Notes under the pieces: generated by a model
The model's input: only the letters and a program-made list of their open reading frames with translations
The model's database searches: none
Told to the model about the DNA's origin: nothing
Source: an uncultured bacterium
GTDB lineage: Bacteria > Armatimonadota > Hebobacteria > Hebobacterales > Hebobacteraceae
Length of the DNA: 64,000 nucleotides
Assembly (NCBI GenBank): GCA_964559435.1
Contig: CAZLHI010000007.1
Coordinates: forward strand, 13,952 to 77,951
Reading direction: 5' to 3'
Translations under genes and position numbers: made by a program
Shown: positions 1-9,798 of the stretch, piece by piece
Layout: each line of letters starts with the position of its first letter
Position numbering within the stretch: position 1 is the first letter of the stretch

Positions 1-205
1 AGGTCACGCCGTTGCGGCATCGAGGTTCTGAGGGTCGCCCAAGCACCGTCTGGAAAGGAGCCCCTGTGAGGATGCCTTTGAGGGAGGCCAGCAGCAACCT
101 TCACGCCCTTCCGAGGCTCTCATTCGCGGCGGCGCCTTGCCACAGTGTGTCCGCTCTCCCGCTGCCCACAGGCGCTGGGTGCATACTGACACCGGGTGAA
201 CAGGG

Positions 206-235
206 TTGACGTCGCGGGTGGCGCTCTGATATAAT
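206..235 (+). promoter_or_regulatory. sigma70-like promoter for the ilv-leu leader
   Basis: TTGACG at 206-211, 18-nt spacer, TATAAT at 230-235, just upstream of the T-box leader. Confidence 0.5.
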
Positions 236-241
236 GCGCGG

Positions 242-530
242 AAATCCATACGCGAGAGGCCTTGAAGGGGAGCAGTAGGCGGAAGCCCAGGCCGCCAGAG
301 AGCCGGTGACGAGCTGAGAGCCGGTGCCGGTGGAGCCGCCGAACCTCGCCCCGGAGCTGCCCGGCCGAACGCATCCAGTAGGCCGGAGCCGGGAGTCGCC
401 CGTTATCGCGCGTTCGAGTGGGACGCGGCTGTGGGCTACAGGGCCGCACGGCACGTCCAATTTGGGTGGTACCGCGAGAGAAGACTACCTCTCGTCCCAA
501 TGGGACGAGAGGTTTTTTCGTAGCTCGCCT
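242..530 (+). ncRNA. T-box riboswitch leader, probable tRNA-Leu specificity, controlling the ilv-leu operon
   Basis: Conserved T-box element aatTTGGGTGGTACCGCGag at 469-486 matches the AGGGUGGNACCGCG consensus. Its UGGU bulge could pair with an ACCA 3' end, which fits a discriminator-A tRNA such as tRNA-Leu. AGAGA/GA-rich stem I region at 255-330. CUC triplet at 345-347 is a candidate Leu specifier. The 3' half of the T-box overlaps the 5' arm of the terminator hairpin, giving antiterminator/terminator competition. It sits about 100 nt upstream of ilvD. Confidence 0.7.
498..528 (+). terminator. intrinsic terminator of the T-box leader
   Basis: Hairpin CCTCTCGTCCCA / TGGGACGAGAGG followed by TTTTTT at 523-528. 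Confidence 0.75.
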
Positions 531-628
531 GTTCGCCAGTGTGCAGGGTAAGGCGCGACTTCTCGCCGCCGCGAGGCCGGTCTGGAGCTGCGTCACCTAG
601 GCGTTCCTACCCGAGAAGAGGAGCAGCG

Positions 629-2386
629 ATGAGGAGCGATGTCATCAAGAAGGGGCCTGAAAGGGCGCCCCATCGGGCTCTGCTGTACGGGTCGGGACTG
701 CACCGAAGCACGTTCGACCGACCGTTCATAGGCGTGGTTACGAGCTGGAACGACGTCGTCCCGGGCCACGCGGGCATGCGCGACCTGGAGCGCCACATCG
801 AGCGCGGCATCTTCGCCGCCGGCGGCGTCGCCTTCTTCTTCGGAGTACCGGGAATATGTGACGGACTAGCGATGGGCCACCGTGGCATGCATTACTCGCT
901 TCCCTCACGGGAGTTGATCGCGGACTCGGTGGAGTCGATGCTCGAGGCACACCAGTTCGACGGCGTTGTTCTGCTCACCAATTGTGACAAGATCACGCCC
1001 GGCATGTTGATGGCAGCGGCTCGTGTAAACATCCCCGCCATAGTGGTCACGGCTGGGCCGATGCTGGCCGGCCAGTGCGGCCGCATCTCGGAAGAGTTGC
1101 TCGCGGTTGCTGGGCGCTTGAAAGAGGCAGGCAAACCCGACGTGGCGAAGGCCGCGCAGCGGCTTGCGACTGGCCATGCCGTGTACGGCGATGGCTACTA
1201 CGGGGCGAGCTGGCGCAAGTCCGGGATGCTGGACGACTGGCAGCTTGAGATGCTCGAGCAGGCCGCGTGCCCGGGAATCGGCTCCTGCCAGGGCCTCTAT
1301 ACGGCGAATACGATGGCCTGTCTCGGCGAGGCGCTGGGGATGTCTCTCCCAGGCTGCGGCACGGCGCTCGCCGTCTCGGCGGAGAAGCGCCGCCTCGCCT
1401 ATGCCAGCGGGGCCCGCATTCTGGATCTCGTCAAGGAGGACGTTCGGCCGCGGCAGATCATGACCCACGCCGCGTTCAGGAACGCCATACGCGTCGACAA
1501 CGCGCTCGGAGGATCGAGCAACACGGTGCTGCACCTGCCAGCGATTGCCCACGAGGCCGGGACAGATTTCCCGATTGACTGGTTCGACGAGATATCTCGC
1601 GAGACCCCACACATTACGGACATACTGCCCGGCCCTGGGGCCGAGTACGCAATGGAGGACCTGGACAGGGCCGGAGGGGTCGCGGCTGTCATGCATGTGC
1701 TGGCCGAAGCGATCGAGGACTCGCCCACGGTCAGCGGCGTCTCGGCTCGGCAGCTTGCAGCCGCTGCAAGGGTGCTTGATCCGGACGTGATACGGCCGCT
1801 CGACAATCCCTACCACGAAGAAGGCGGCATCGCGATTCTGAAGGGTAATCTGGCCCCCGAGGGGTCTGTGGTCAAGTCCTCCGCCGTTGCGGCAAGCATG
1901 AGACAGTTCACGGGCCGGGCGCGGGTCTTCACCCGAGAGGAAGACGCGACGGAGGCCATCGTGGGTGGGCAGATAACGTCGGGCGAGGTCGTGGTAATCC
2001 AATACGAAGGCCCTCGCGGAGGGCCTGGGATGCGAGAAATGCTGTACCCAACTTCGCAGATATACGCGGCCGGACTGAACGAGTCTGTTGCCCTCATTAC
2101 GGACGGCAGATTCTCCGGCGCTACAATAGGACTGTCAGTCGGCCATGTCGCGCCAGAAGCGGCAGTGGGCGGGACCATCGGCCTGGTCCAGGAAGGCGAC
2201 GAGATATCCATAGACGTGGATCAGCGCAAGATCGAACTCAGGGTGTCGGAGCAGGAGCTTGCGAGGAGGCGGAGCAGCTGGAGGCCGCTGCCTCCGAAGG
2301 TCCCGACGGGCTATCTCGCCCGTTACGCCCAGCAGGTCTCGTCGGCCGCTCGAGGGGCCGTGATGGAAGCGGAGGCGAGAAAGTGA
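629..2386 (+). CDS. ilvD: dihydroxy-acid dehydratase
   Basis: Translation shows IlvD/EDD family motifs ([32 protein letters not shown]). ATG at 629 follows AGAGGAG RBS; the upstream in-frame extension to 539 is probably not translated. Confidence 0.9.
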   Translation: MRSDVIKKGPERAPHRALLYGSGLHRSTFDRPFIGVVTSWNDVVPGHAGMRDLERHIERGIFAAGGVAFFFGVPGICDGLAMGHRGMHYSLPSRELIADSVESMLEAHQFDGVVLLTNCDKITPGMLMAAARVNIPAIVVTAGPMLAGQCGRISEELLAVAGRLKEAGKPDVAKAAQRLATGHAVYGDGYYGASWRKSGMLDDWQLEMLEQAACPGIGSCQGLYTANTMACLGEALGMSLPGCGTALAVSAEKRRLAYASGARILDLVKEDVRPRQIMTHAAFRNAIRVDNALGGSSNTVLHLPAIAHEAGTDFPIDWFDEISRETPHITDILPGPGAEYAMEDLDRAGGVAAVMHVLAEAIEDSPTVSGVSARQLAAAARVLDPDVIRPLDNPYHEEGGIAILKGNLAPEGSVVKSSAVAASMRQFTGRARVFTREEDATEAIVGGQITSGEVVVIQYEGPRGGPGMREMLYPTSQIYAAGLNESVALITDGRFSGATIGLSVGHVAPEAAVGGTIGLVQEGDEISIDVDQRKIELRVSEQELARRRSSWRPLPPKVPTGYLARYAQQVSSAARGAVMEAEARK

Positions 2387-4137
2387 GTAAGCAACGATCG
2401 ACGAAGGCAAAGAAGAAGGCCAGACCACGACCGGCCTGCTCGGTCCGGAAGACGGCCACGAAGGCTGAGAAGATGAGCGGAGCGCAGGCACTGATGGAGG
2501 GGCTGAGGCGGGAGGGCGTCGAGGTGATCTTCGGATATCCCGGAGGGGCCTTGCTCCCCATATACGATGTGCTCTACGAAACTGAGGACATCCGACACAT
2601 CTTGGTTCGGCACGAGCAGGGCGCGGCCCATGCCGCCGACGGGTACGCGCGCGCCTCCGGCAAAGTGGGCCTATGCATGGCGACCTCTGGCCCGGGTGCC
2701 ACGAACCTCGTGACGGGCATCGCCACCGCCCACATGGACTCGGTGCCGATCGTCGCCATCACTGGTCAGGTTCCCACCTTCGCCATTGGCAAGGACTCCT
2801 TCCAGGAAGCTGACATCACCGGCATCACCCTGCCGATAACGAAGCACAACTACCTCATCACGCGGCCGGAGGATATCCCGCGCGTCATCAAAGAGGCCTT
2901 TCATATCGCACGCACCGGAAGGCCCGGCCCAGTGTTGATCGACTTCCCGCGCGACATGCAGCAGGCCCAGATCGATTTCCACTCCCCGGAGGCCGTCGAC
3001 CTCCCCGGTTATCGGCCGACGTTGACCGGGCACACCATGATGATAAAGAGAGCCGGCGAACTCATCGACTCTGCGCAGCGCCCACTCATCTACGGCGGCG
3101 GCGGCGTGAATAGCTCCGAGGCCCAGACGGAACTCGTAGCGCTGGCCGAGCGCATCGACGCGCCAGTTACCATGACCCTGATGGGAAAGGGCGGGTTCCC
3201 GGAAGACCACCATCTCTACCTCGGCATGCCTGGCATGCACGGCACGGCCTACTCGAACTACGCGCTCCACGAGGCGGACGTGATCATCGCCGTGGGAACG
3301 CGGTTCGACGACCGGGTCACCGGCAAGCTGGACATGTTTGCACGGAACGCCAAGTTCATCCACATAGACATCGACCCTGCCGAGATCGGCAAGAACGTCG
3401 TGCCGCTCCTCCCGATCGTCGGGGATGTGAAGCTGGTTCTGGCCGAGCTGAACAAGCGGGTGTCGCGTGCGAAGCACCCGGACTGGCGGAAGCGGATCGA
3501 CGAATGGAAGCAGGAGTACCCAATGGGTTGGAAGGGCGATGGTCTGAAGCCCCAGTTCGTCATCCAACAGATTCACAAGGCAACCAAGGGCAATGCCATC
3601 ATAGTGACCGAGGTGGGCCAGAACCAGATGTGGGCGGCCCAGTGGTACCCGTGCAAGCGGACCCGGCAGTTCATCAGCTCGGGCGGCCTGGGCACGATGG
3701 GTTACGGGTTGCCCGCGGCCATCGGCGCGCAGGTCGCTCGGCCGAGCGACGTCGTATGGGACATCGCCGGAGACGGCAGCATTCAGATGAACATCCAAGA
3801 GATGGCGACGGCCGTGGCGAACAAGATTCCGGTGAAGGTGGCCGTGCTCAACAACGGCTATCTCGGCATGGTCCGGCAGTGGCAGACGCTGTTCTTCAAG
3901 AACCGGCTCTCCCACACCGACATTCGGGTTGGCACGCCAGACCTGGCGAAGTTGGCGGAGGCCTACGGTGCGGTCGGCATACGTGTGACCGAGGAGTCCG
4001 AGGTAGCTCCTGCCATCCAGAAGGCGATGGCGCTGAAGGACTGTCCGTGCCTCATCGACTTCTTCATAGCACGGGATGAGAACGTGATGCCAATGGTCCC
4101 GGCCGGCGGCACAGTCGATGACATGCTGGTGGACTGA
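2383..4137 (+). CDS. ilvB: acetolactate synthase large (catalytic) subunit, TPP-dependent
   Basis: TPP enzyme motifs ([23 protein letters not shown]). GTG at 2383 overlaps the ilvD stop (GTGA). The first 30 codons are purine-rich and lysine-rich; the true start may be ATG at 2473 ([11 protein letters not shown]). Confidence 0.9.
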   Translation: MSKQRSTKAKKKARPRPACSVRKTATKAEKMSGAQALMEGLRREGVEVIFGYPGGALLPIYDVLYETEDIRHILVRHEQGAAHAADGYARASGKVGLCMATSGPGATNLVTGIATAHMDSVPIVAITGQVPTFAIGKDSFQEADITGITLPITKHNYLITRPEDIPRVIKEAFHIARTGRPGPVLIDFPRDMQQAQIDFHSPEAVDLPGYRPTLTGHTMMIKRAGELIDSAQRPLIYGGGGVNSSEAQTELVALAERIDAPVTMTLMGKGGFPEDHHLYLGMPGMHGTAYSNYALHEADVIIAVGTRFDDRVTGKLDMFARNAKFIHIDIDPAEIGKNVVPLLPIVGDVKLVLAELNKRVSRAKHPDWRKRIDEWKQEYPMGWKGDGLKPQFVIQQIHKATKGNAIIVTEVGQNQMWAAQWYPCKRTRQFISSGGLGTMGYGLPAAIGAQVARPSDVVWDIAGDGSIQMNIQEMATAVANKIPVKVAVLNNGYLGMVRQWQTLFFKNRLSHTDIRVGTPDLAKLAEAYGAVGIRVTEESEVAPAIQKAMALKDCPCLIDFFIARDENVMPMVPAGGTVDDMLVD

Positions 4138-4155
4138 GGCGAGGGGAGAGCGAAG

Positions 4156-4641
4156 ATGAAACATACTATCTCCGTTCTAGTGAACAACCGGCCGGGTGTG
4201 CTTGCCCGCACGGCGGGGCTGTTCGCCCGGCGCGGCTTCAACATCGATAGTCTGGCAGTCAGCACGACGCAGGACCCGGACCTGTCCCGCATGACGATTG
4301 TGGTGGAGGGCCCGGACGCGGTCCTGGAGCAGATCTCAAAGCAGCTCTACAAGCTGATGGACGTTATCAAGGTCCTGGACCATCAGGACGAAGCTGTGGT
4401 CACGCGCGAGCTTGCGCTGATCAAGGTAGTCGCAGAACCCGCGGTGCGCGGCGAGATCATGCAGACGGTGAACATCTTCCGCGCCAACATCGTCGATGTG
4501 TCGGAGCATACGTTCACCATAGAGGTGACAGGCAGCGCCGAGAAGATCGATGCTCTCATCACGCTCGTGCAGAAGTACGGGATTCGCGAGATGATGCGCA
4601 CCGGCCGAATTGTGCTGTCCCGCGGCGGGCAAACAGCTTAG
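4156..4641 (+). CDS. ilvN: acetolactate synthase small (regulatory) subunit, ACT domain
   Basis: 161 aa; N-terminal ACT-domain pattern ISVLVNNRPGVLARTAGLFARRGFNIDSLAV. Confidence 0.9.
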   Translation: MKHTISVLVNNRPGVLARTAGLFARRGFNIDSLAVSTTQDPDLSRMTIVVEGPDAVLEQISKQLYKLMDVIKVLDHQDEAVVTRELALIKVVAEPAVRGEIMQTVNIFRANIVDVSEHTFTIEVTGSAEKIDALITLVQKYGIREMMRTGRIVLSRGGQTA

Positions 4642-4656
4642 GTCGAGGCCTATCGA

Positions 4657-5022
4657 GTGGAGGAGCTGGTCACAGTCGAGCAGGCAGGCCGGGCGATCGC
4701 GATCCTGTCGATCGCTCTGCCCCTTACCGGCGCGGCCGTCGGTGCATTGATCGGCGCGCGCCGGCGCAGAGTCGGTCTCGGCCTCCTGGTCGGCTTCCTC
4801 TGCGGCTTGCCCGGGCCGGGCGTCTGGGCGCTCTGGAAGATGTACAATGGCGTCGTCGGCATCTACGGCCTCGACAGCGTACGAGGTCTGTTGATAAACC
4901 TAGCGCTGTTCGTGGGCATAGGAATCGTCGTCGGACTCGGGCTGGGATTAGCTCGGCGGCAGCGGCGACGCAGTGGCCAAACGGCCTCGACCGAGAACGA
5001 GGGGGTTAAGGAGAGGAAGACG
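4657..5022 (+). other. in-frame coding-like region predicting a ~120-aa three-TM membrane module with no stop before ilvC
   Basis: GTG at 4657, 16 nt after the ilvN stop. High GC3 codon pattern. Three hydrophobic helices ([65 protein letters not shown]). Reads in frame into ilvC with no stop codon. Confidence 0.35.
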
Positions 5023-6015
5023 ATGGCAAAAGTCTATCGCGATCGAGATGCCAAGATATCGGCGATCAAGAGCAAGACGGTCGCAATCATCGGGTACGGC
5101 ATTCAGGGGAGACCTCATGCCCTGTGCCTCAGAGACAGCGGCGTCAATGTGGTTGTCGCGGACCTGGAGGGAACCCCGGGATGGAAGAATGCGAAGGCCG
5201 ACGGGTTCGCTCCACTGTCCTCGGCAGAGGCCGCCGCGCAGGGGGAGGTAATTGCTGTTCTCACTCCAGACCACGTGCAGCCCGTCGTCTACCGCGATGC
5301 GATCGAGGCCAACTTGAAGCGCGGTAACGCGCTGATGTTCGCCCACGGGTTCAACATCCACTACAACCAGATAGTCCCGCCGAAGAATGTGGACGTGTTC
5401 ATGGTCGCGCCCAAAGGTCCTGGCGCGCTCGTGCGCGCCGAGTTCGAGCGGGGCCGCGGAGTTCCGTCTCTGGTGGCGGTCTCTCAAGACGCCAGCGGGG
5501 AGGCCAAGGACATCGCCCTCGCCTACGCGAAGGCGCTCGGAGCAACGCGCGCCGGCGTGCTGGAGACCACCTTCGCCGAGGAGACGGAGACGGACCTGTT
5601 CGGGGAGCAGGCCGTCCTGTGCGGGGGCGTCACCGAACTCATCAAGGCCGGTTTCGAGACACTGGTTGAGGCCGGCTATCAGCCCGAGTGCGCCTATTAC
5701 GAGGTGTTGCACGAGCTAAAGCTGATAGTCGACCTCATTCAGGCGCACGGCATCAACGGCATGCGCCGCCGCGTGAGCGACACCGCGGAGTACGGCGACA
5801 TGACGCGTGGGCCCCGGGTCATCGGCCCGGAGGTGCGCGACGCGATGGAGGATATCCTCGAGGAGGTCCAGACTGGCGAGTTCGCGCGGGAGTGGATCCT
5901 CGAGAACAGGGCGAACCGTCCGGTCTTCAGTCGCCTGCGAGACCTGGAGGCTCAACATCCGATCGAGATAGTCGGGCCTCAGCTGCGCAAGATGATGTCC
6001 TGGCTGAGCGAGTAG
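5023..6015 (+). CDS. ilvC: ketol-acid reductoisomerase (class I, short form)
   Basis: Canonical KARI N-terminus [33 protein letters not shown], preceded by AAGGAGAGG RBS. The ORF extends upstream in frame to 4657. Confidence 0.9.
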   Translation: MAKVYRDRDAKISAIKSKTVAIIGYGIQGRPHALCLRDSGVNVVVADLEGTPGWKNAKADGFAPLSSAEAAAQGEVIAVLTPDHVQPVVYRDAIEANLKRGNALMFAHGFNIHYNQIVPPKNVDVFMVAPKGPGALVRAEFERGRGVPSLVAVSQDASGEAKDIALAYAKALGATRAGVLETTFAEETETDLFGEQAVLCGGVTELIKAGFETLVEAGYQPECAYYEVLHELKLIVDLIQAHGINGMRRRVSDTAEYGDMTRGPRVIGPEVRDAMEDILEEVQTGEFAREWILENRANRPVFSRLRDLEAQHPIEIVGPQLRKMMSWLSE

Positions 6016-6047
6016 ATCCGCACCCAGTGGAAAGGAGGCATGGCGAG

Positions 6048-7658
6048 ATGCCTGCCGCCAAGAGATCCCGAAGCAAGAAGACGCAGATCATGATCTTCGA
6101 CACGACGCTTCGCGACGCTGAGCAGTGCCCGGGCGCAGCAATGACGGGCGAAGAGAAGCTCAAGGTCGCGCGCCAGCTCGCTCGCCTCGGGGTCGATGTC
6201 ATAGAGGCCGGCTTCCCCTATTCGTCGCCCGGCGACTTCGAGGCGGTGCAGCGGATCGCGTCCGAGGTGAGGGGGCCGACCATCTGCGGCCTGAGCCTCT
6301 GTCGTCTGGAAGGCATCGATCGCACGGCCGAGGCGCTGAAGGAGGGGAAGAAGGTGCGGCTGCACGCTTTCCTCAGCACGTCGCCACAGCACCGCGAAGG
6401 CATCCTTGGAAAAAGCAAGCAGGAAGTGCTTCAGATGGCCGTGTCCTCCGTCGAGCGGGCGCGGTCACAGATCGACGAGGTCGAGTTCTCGCCCATGGAC
6501 GCCACGCGCACGGAATTCGACTTCCTGTGCGAGATCGTCGAGGCGGCCATAGAAGCCGGCGCCTCGATCGTCAACATACCGGACACACTCGGATACTCTG
6601 TTCCCTCCGAGTTCGGCGACCTGATCCGGCGTCTGCGCGAGTCGGTGCCGAACATCGACAAGGCCGTCATCAGCGTGCACTGCCACGACGATCTCGGGCT
6701 CGCGACCGCGAACTCGCTCGCCGGCGTGCTCAGTGGCGCCACTCAGGTTGAGTGCACGATCAACGGCCTGGGCGAACGCGCGGGCAACGCATCACTGGAG
6801 GAGATCGTCGTCATACTCGACACCCGCCGGGAGCTGAAGCGGAGGCTCTGCACCGGCATCGACCTCAAAGAGATCTACCGGACGAGCCGCCTCGTTCGCG
6901 ACGTCACCGGAATCCCGGTGCAGCCCAACAAGGCGATCGTTGGTGAGAACGCTTTTGCACACTCCTCCGGTGTCCACGTGGATGGGGTCATTAAGCTGCT
7001 GGAGCGCCGCTCCAGCTTCGAGATCGTGCGCCCGCAGAAGATCGGTCGCGAGAAGAGCGAGATCGTGCTCACCAGTCGGTCCGGCCGCAAGGCGGTCAGG
7101 CACCGCTTGTCCGAGCTGGGCTACGAGCTGTCTCTGGATGAGCTTGAGAAGACATATCAGCGCTTTCTTGCGCTGGCCGATCAGCGCAAGGAGGTGACAG
7201 ACGGCGAGCTGGAATCTCTGGTCGCCGACGAGCTGCGGCTCACCCAGGAGATCTATGCATTGGACTACCTACACGTAGTCAGCGGCGGCACCACTATCCC
7301 GACGGCCACGGTGAGGCTACGGCGCAATGGTGAGGTGTTCCAGTCGGTGGCCAGCGGAGTGGGCAGCGTTGACTCCGTCTACAAGGCGATCAACGACATC
7401 ATCAAGCTACCACACAAGCTGGTCGACTATACGGTCAGCTCGGTAACCGGTGGCACCGACGCTCTCGGGGAGGTGACCGTGCGGATCAGCGACAGGGCCA
7501 GCACGGTGCACACGGGTCGCGGGTCGAGTATGGATATCATCGAGGCCTCTGCAAAAGCCTATCTGCAGGCGCTGAATAAAGCGGTCTTTCGGAGCGAGGG
7601 TGGGCCGACGCGCCGCAAGAGCAAGAAGAGACCGAAGAAGGCCAAGCGGAAGGCTTGA
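6048..7658 (+). CDS. leuA: 2-isopropylmalate synthase
   Basis: IFDTTLRDAEQ DRE-TIM motif, HxH motif (HCHDDLG) and LeuA-type C-terminal regulatory domain. AAAGGAGG RBS before ATG 6048. The in-frame extension to 5688 is probably spurious. Ends in a basic tail [15 protein letters not shown]. Confidence 0.9.
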   Translation: MPAAKRSRSKKTQIMIFDTTLRDAEQCPGAAMTGEEKLKVARQLARLGVDVIEAGFPYSSPGDFEAVQRIASEVRGPTICGLSLCRLEGIDRTAEALKEGKKVRLHAFLSTSPQHREGILGKSKQEVLQMAVSSVERARSQIDEVEFSPMDATRTEFDFLCEIVEAAIEAGASIVNIPDTLGYSVPSEFGDLIRRLRESVPNIDKAVISVHCHDDLGLATANSLAGVLSGATQVECTINGLGERAGNASLEEIVVILDTRRELKRRLCTGIDLKEIYRTSRLVRDVTGIPVQPNKAIVGENAFAHSSGVHVDGVIKLLERRSSFEIVRPQKIGREKSEIVLTSRSGRKAVRHRLSELGYELSLDELEKTYQRFLALADQRKEVTDGELESLVADELRLTQEIYALDYLHVVSGGTTIPTATVRLRRNGEVFQSVASGVGSVDSVYKAINDIIKLPHKLVDYTVSSVTGGTDALGEVTVRISDRASTVHTGRGSSMDIIEASAKAYLQALNKAVFRSEGGPTRRKSKKRPKKAKRKA

Positions 7659-8923
7659 AGGGAGTGGGCCAGACGATCACTGAGAAGATACTCGCGGTCC
7701 ATTCCGGGGAAGCTGAGGTGCGTCCGGGCCAGTTCGTCATGGCCCGCGTTGACCTCATGCTTGGCAACGACGTCACGGCCCCTCTGGCCATAGAGAAGTT
7801 TCGAAACATCGGCGCGGGTCAGCTGGCGGAGGCCGCCCGGGTCGTGCTTGTCGCCGACCACGCGACACCCAACAAGGACATCAAGGCGGCCGAGCAATGC
7901 CGAGTGATGCGCGATTTCTCCCGCGAGCAGGGGATCGAGCGGTTTTACGATGCCGGGCGCGGCGGAATCGAGCACGCCCTCTTGCCGGAGGAAGGCCTCG
8001 TCGCACCAGGCGAGTGCATCATCGGCGCAGATTCACATACCTGTACGTACGGGGCGCTGGGAGCCTTCGCGACAGGTGTCGGCAGCACCGACCTGGCGGC
8101 GGCCATGGCGACGGGAGAGTGCTGGCTGCGCGTCCCCGAGTCGATCAAGCTCGCGTATCGCGGCAAGCGCAAGCCCTGGGTGGGCGGGAAAGACCTCATC
8201 CTGTACACGATCGGCAAGATTGGGGTGGCCGGCGCACGCTATCAGGCGCTGGAGTTCTGCGGCGAGGCCATCGAGACTCTCGGGGTGTCAGGCCGACTCA
8301 CGATGTGCAACATGGCCATTGAGGCGGGGGCGAAGAACGGCATCATCGCGCCGGACGCTGTGACCGAGGAATACATCCGCTCCGTCACGGAGCGCTCCTA
8401 CACTGCGCACTTCAGCGACCCGGACGCAGCCTACTCGCAGACGCTGGAGATCGACTGCACCGACATCGACCTTCAGGTGGCCGCGCCGCCGTTGCCGGAG
8501 AAGGCCAGGCCGGTACGGGATCTCAGCGATGTCACCATCGATCAGGCGGTGATCGGTTCCTGCACGAACGGCCGAATCGAGGACCTCAGGGAGGCCGCAC
8601 AGGTCCTCCAGGGCCGAAGGGTGCGCCCGAACGTCCGCCTGATCGTCATCCCGGCCACGCAGCGAGTGCATCTCCAGGTGATCAAGGAAGGCCTTGGGGA
8701 GGTCTTCATCGAGGCTGGCGCCGCGCTGAGCACGCCAACCTGCGGCCCATGCTTGGGCATGCACATGGGCGTCCTGGCGCAGGGGGAGCGGGCCGTCGCC
8801 ACCACCAACCGGAACTTCGTCGGCCGCATGGGACACCAGGAGAGCGAGGTGTATCTTGCCGGGCCGGCCGTGGCGGCGGCCTCGGCTGTGCTGGGACGCA
8901 TCGGCAGCCCAGAGGAGCTCTGA
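7655..8923 (+). CDS. leuC: 3-isopropylmalate dehydratase large subunit (aconitase family)
   Basis: Aconitase-family motifs ([40 protein letters not shown]). Start is TTG 7655 overlapping the leuA stop, or GTG 7664. Confidence 0.85.
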   Translation: MKGVGQTITEKILAVHSGEAEVRPGQFVMARVDLMLGNDVTAPLAIEKFRNIGAGQLAEAARVVLVADHATPNKDIKAAEQCRVMRDFSREQGIERFYDAGRGGIEHALLPEEGLVAPGECIIGADSHTCTYGALGAFATGVGSTDLAAAMATGECWLRVPESIKLAYRGKRKPWVGGKDLILYTIGKIGVAGARYQALEFCGEAIETLGVSGRLTMCNMAIEAGAKNGIIAPDAVTEEYIRSVTERSYTAHFSDPDAAYSQTLEIDCTDIDLQVAAPPLPEKARPVRDLSDVTIDQAVIGSCTNGRIEDLREAAQVLQGRRVRPNVRLIVIPATQRVHLQVIKEGLGEVFIEAGAALSTPTCGPCLGMHMGVLAQGERAVATTNRNFVGRMGHQESEVYLAGPAVAAASAVLGRIGSPEEL

Positions 8924-9423
8924 TGAGCAAGACCCGCGGTCGAGCTCACGTTTACGGGGACAACGTCAACACCGACGTGATCATACCGGCGCGCTACCTG
9001 ACTACCTCGGAACCTGCCGAGCTCGCTCGCCACTGCATGGAAGACATCGACCCGGGATTCGTGGCCGAAGTCGAGCCGGGAGATGTGATCGTCGGGGGAG
9101 AGAACTTCGGCTGTGGAAGCTCTCGCGAGCATGCGCCTGTGGCGATCAAGGCCGCCGGTGTAGGGGCCGTCATCGCGATGAGCTTCGCTCGGATCTTCTT
9201 CCGCAACGCGATCAACACAGGGCTGCCAGCTCTGGCTTGTCCGAAGGCGGCCGCCGACATCAAGAACGGCGACGAACTCGCGGTGGATCTTGCCACAGGC
9301 CGCATCGACAACCTGACACAGGGCCGAAGCTATGAGGCGGAGCCGTTCCCGCCTTTTCTCCAGGAGATAATCACGGCCGGCGGCCTGGTGCCTTACACGC
9401 GAAAGCGACTGGCGGCTCGCTAG
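8923..9423 (+). CDS. leuD: 3-isopropylmalate dehydratase small subunit
   Basis: [26 protein letters not shown]... LeuD/aconitase swivel domain. ATG overlaps the leuC stop (TGATG). Confidence 0.85.
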   Translation: MSKTRGRAHVYGDNVNTDVIIPARYLTTSEPAELARHCMEDIDPGFVAEVEPGDVIVGGENFGCGSSREHAPVAIKAAGVGAVIAMSFARIFFRNAINTGLPALACPKAAADIKNGDELAVDLATGRIDNLTQGRSYEAEPFPPFLQEIITAGGLVPYTRKRLAAR

Positions 9424-9640
9424 GTGTCGCCGGGCTCGCGAGGTGCCGGTCGGGCGACGCGCCTCGCCGCTCTGAGGAACTGGGGGCGCGGCATCAGGAC
9501 AGTCCGCCCGCAGCGACGACACTGAATGCGTATGTCGATGCCGGTGCGGACGACCGTCCATTCGTTCGCCCCACATGCGTGAGGCTTACGCATCTGGACC
9601 GAGTCCCCAAGTCGGATTCCGGAGATCTCAGACACGTCAC
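9420..9640 (-). CDS. DUF951-like small zinc-ribbon protein
   Basis: Translation ...[44 protein letters not shown]... resembles the conserved ~65-aa DUF951 family (KPHPCG...W.IIR.GADIRIKC.GCG...MIPR). Convergent with leuD; exact start uncertain. Confidence 0.45.
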
Positions 9641-9798
9641 GGTCCTTCGGCGGCAACGGCCGCGCGTCCTACCAGAGGTATCCCCATCGGGAGGAAGGGG
9701 CGCGGGCCCGCAGAAAGGCCTAGCGTTTGCATCGGTGGGTGAGCGCCCGCGGGTGGAGCGCTCCGAGGCGGCGGGACAGCATATAGAGAGGATTCACA

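Noticed and set aside
4-600. Overlapping ORFs on both strands at the window start (4-249, 101-460, 120-596, 324-551).
   Set aside because: The region is better explained as the promoter, T-box leader and terminator for ilvD. The translations are low-complexity.
905-2002. Long antisense ORFs opposite annotated genes (e.g. 905-2002, 2671-4164, 8542-9576, 17285-18997, 23665-24996, 31505-32509, 48353-49408, 50438-51733, 54847-56091, 62566-63768).
   Set aside because: In a ~70 % GC genome, stop codons are rare in frames antisense to real genes. These ORFs have no recognisable motifs and are Arg/Pro/Gly-rich junk. The sense-strand genes are unambiguous.
5688-6047. N-terminal extensions of leuA (5688-6047), ilvD (539-628), miaB (47606-48121), the SBP (14145-14387), mutS2 (16193-16228) and others in the six-frame track.
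   Set aside because: Canonical conserved N-termini with good RBSs lie downstream. The extensions overlap the preceding gene in another frame.
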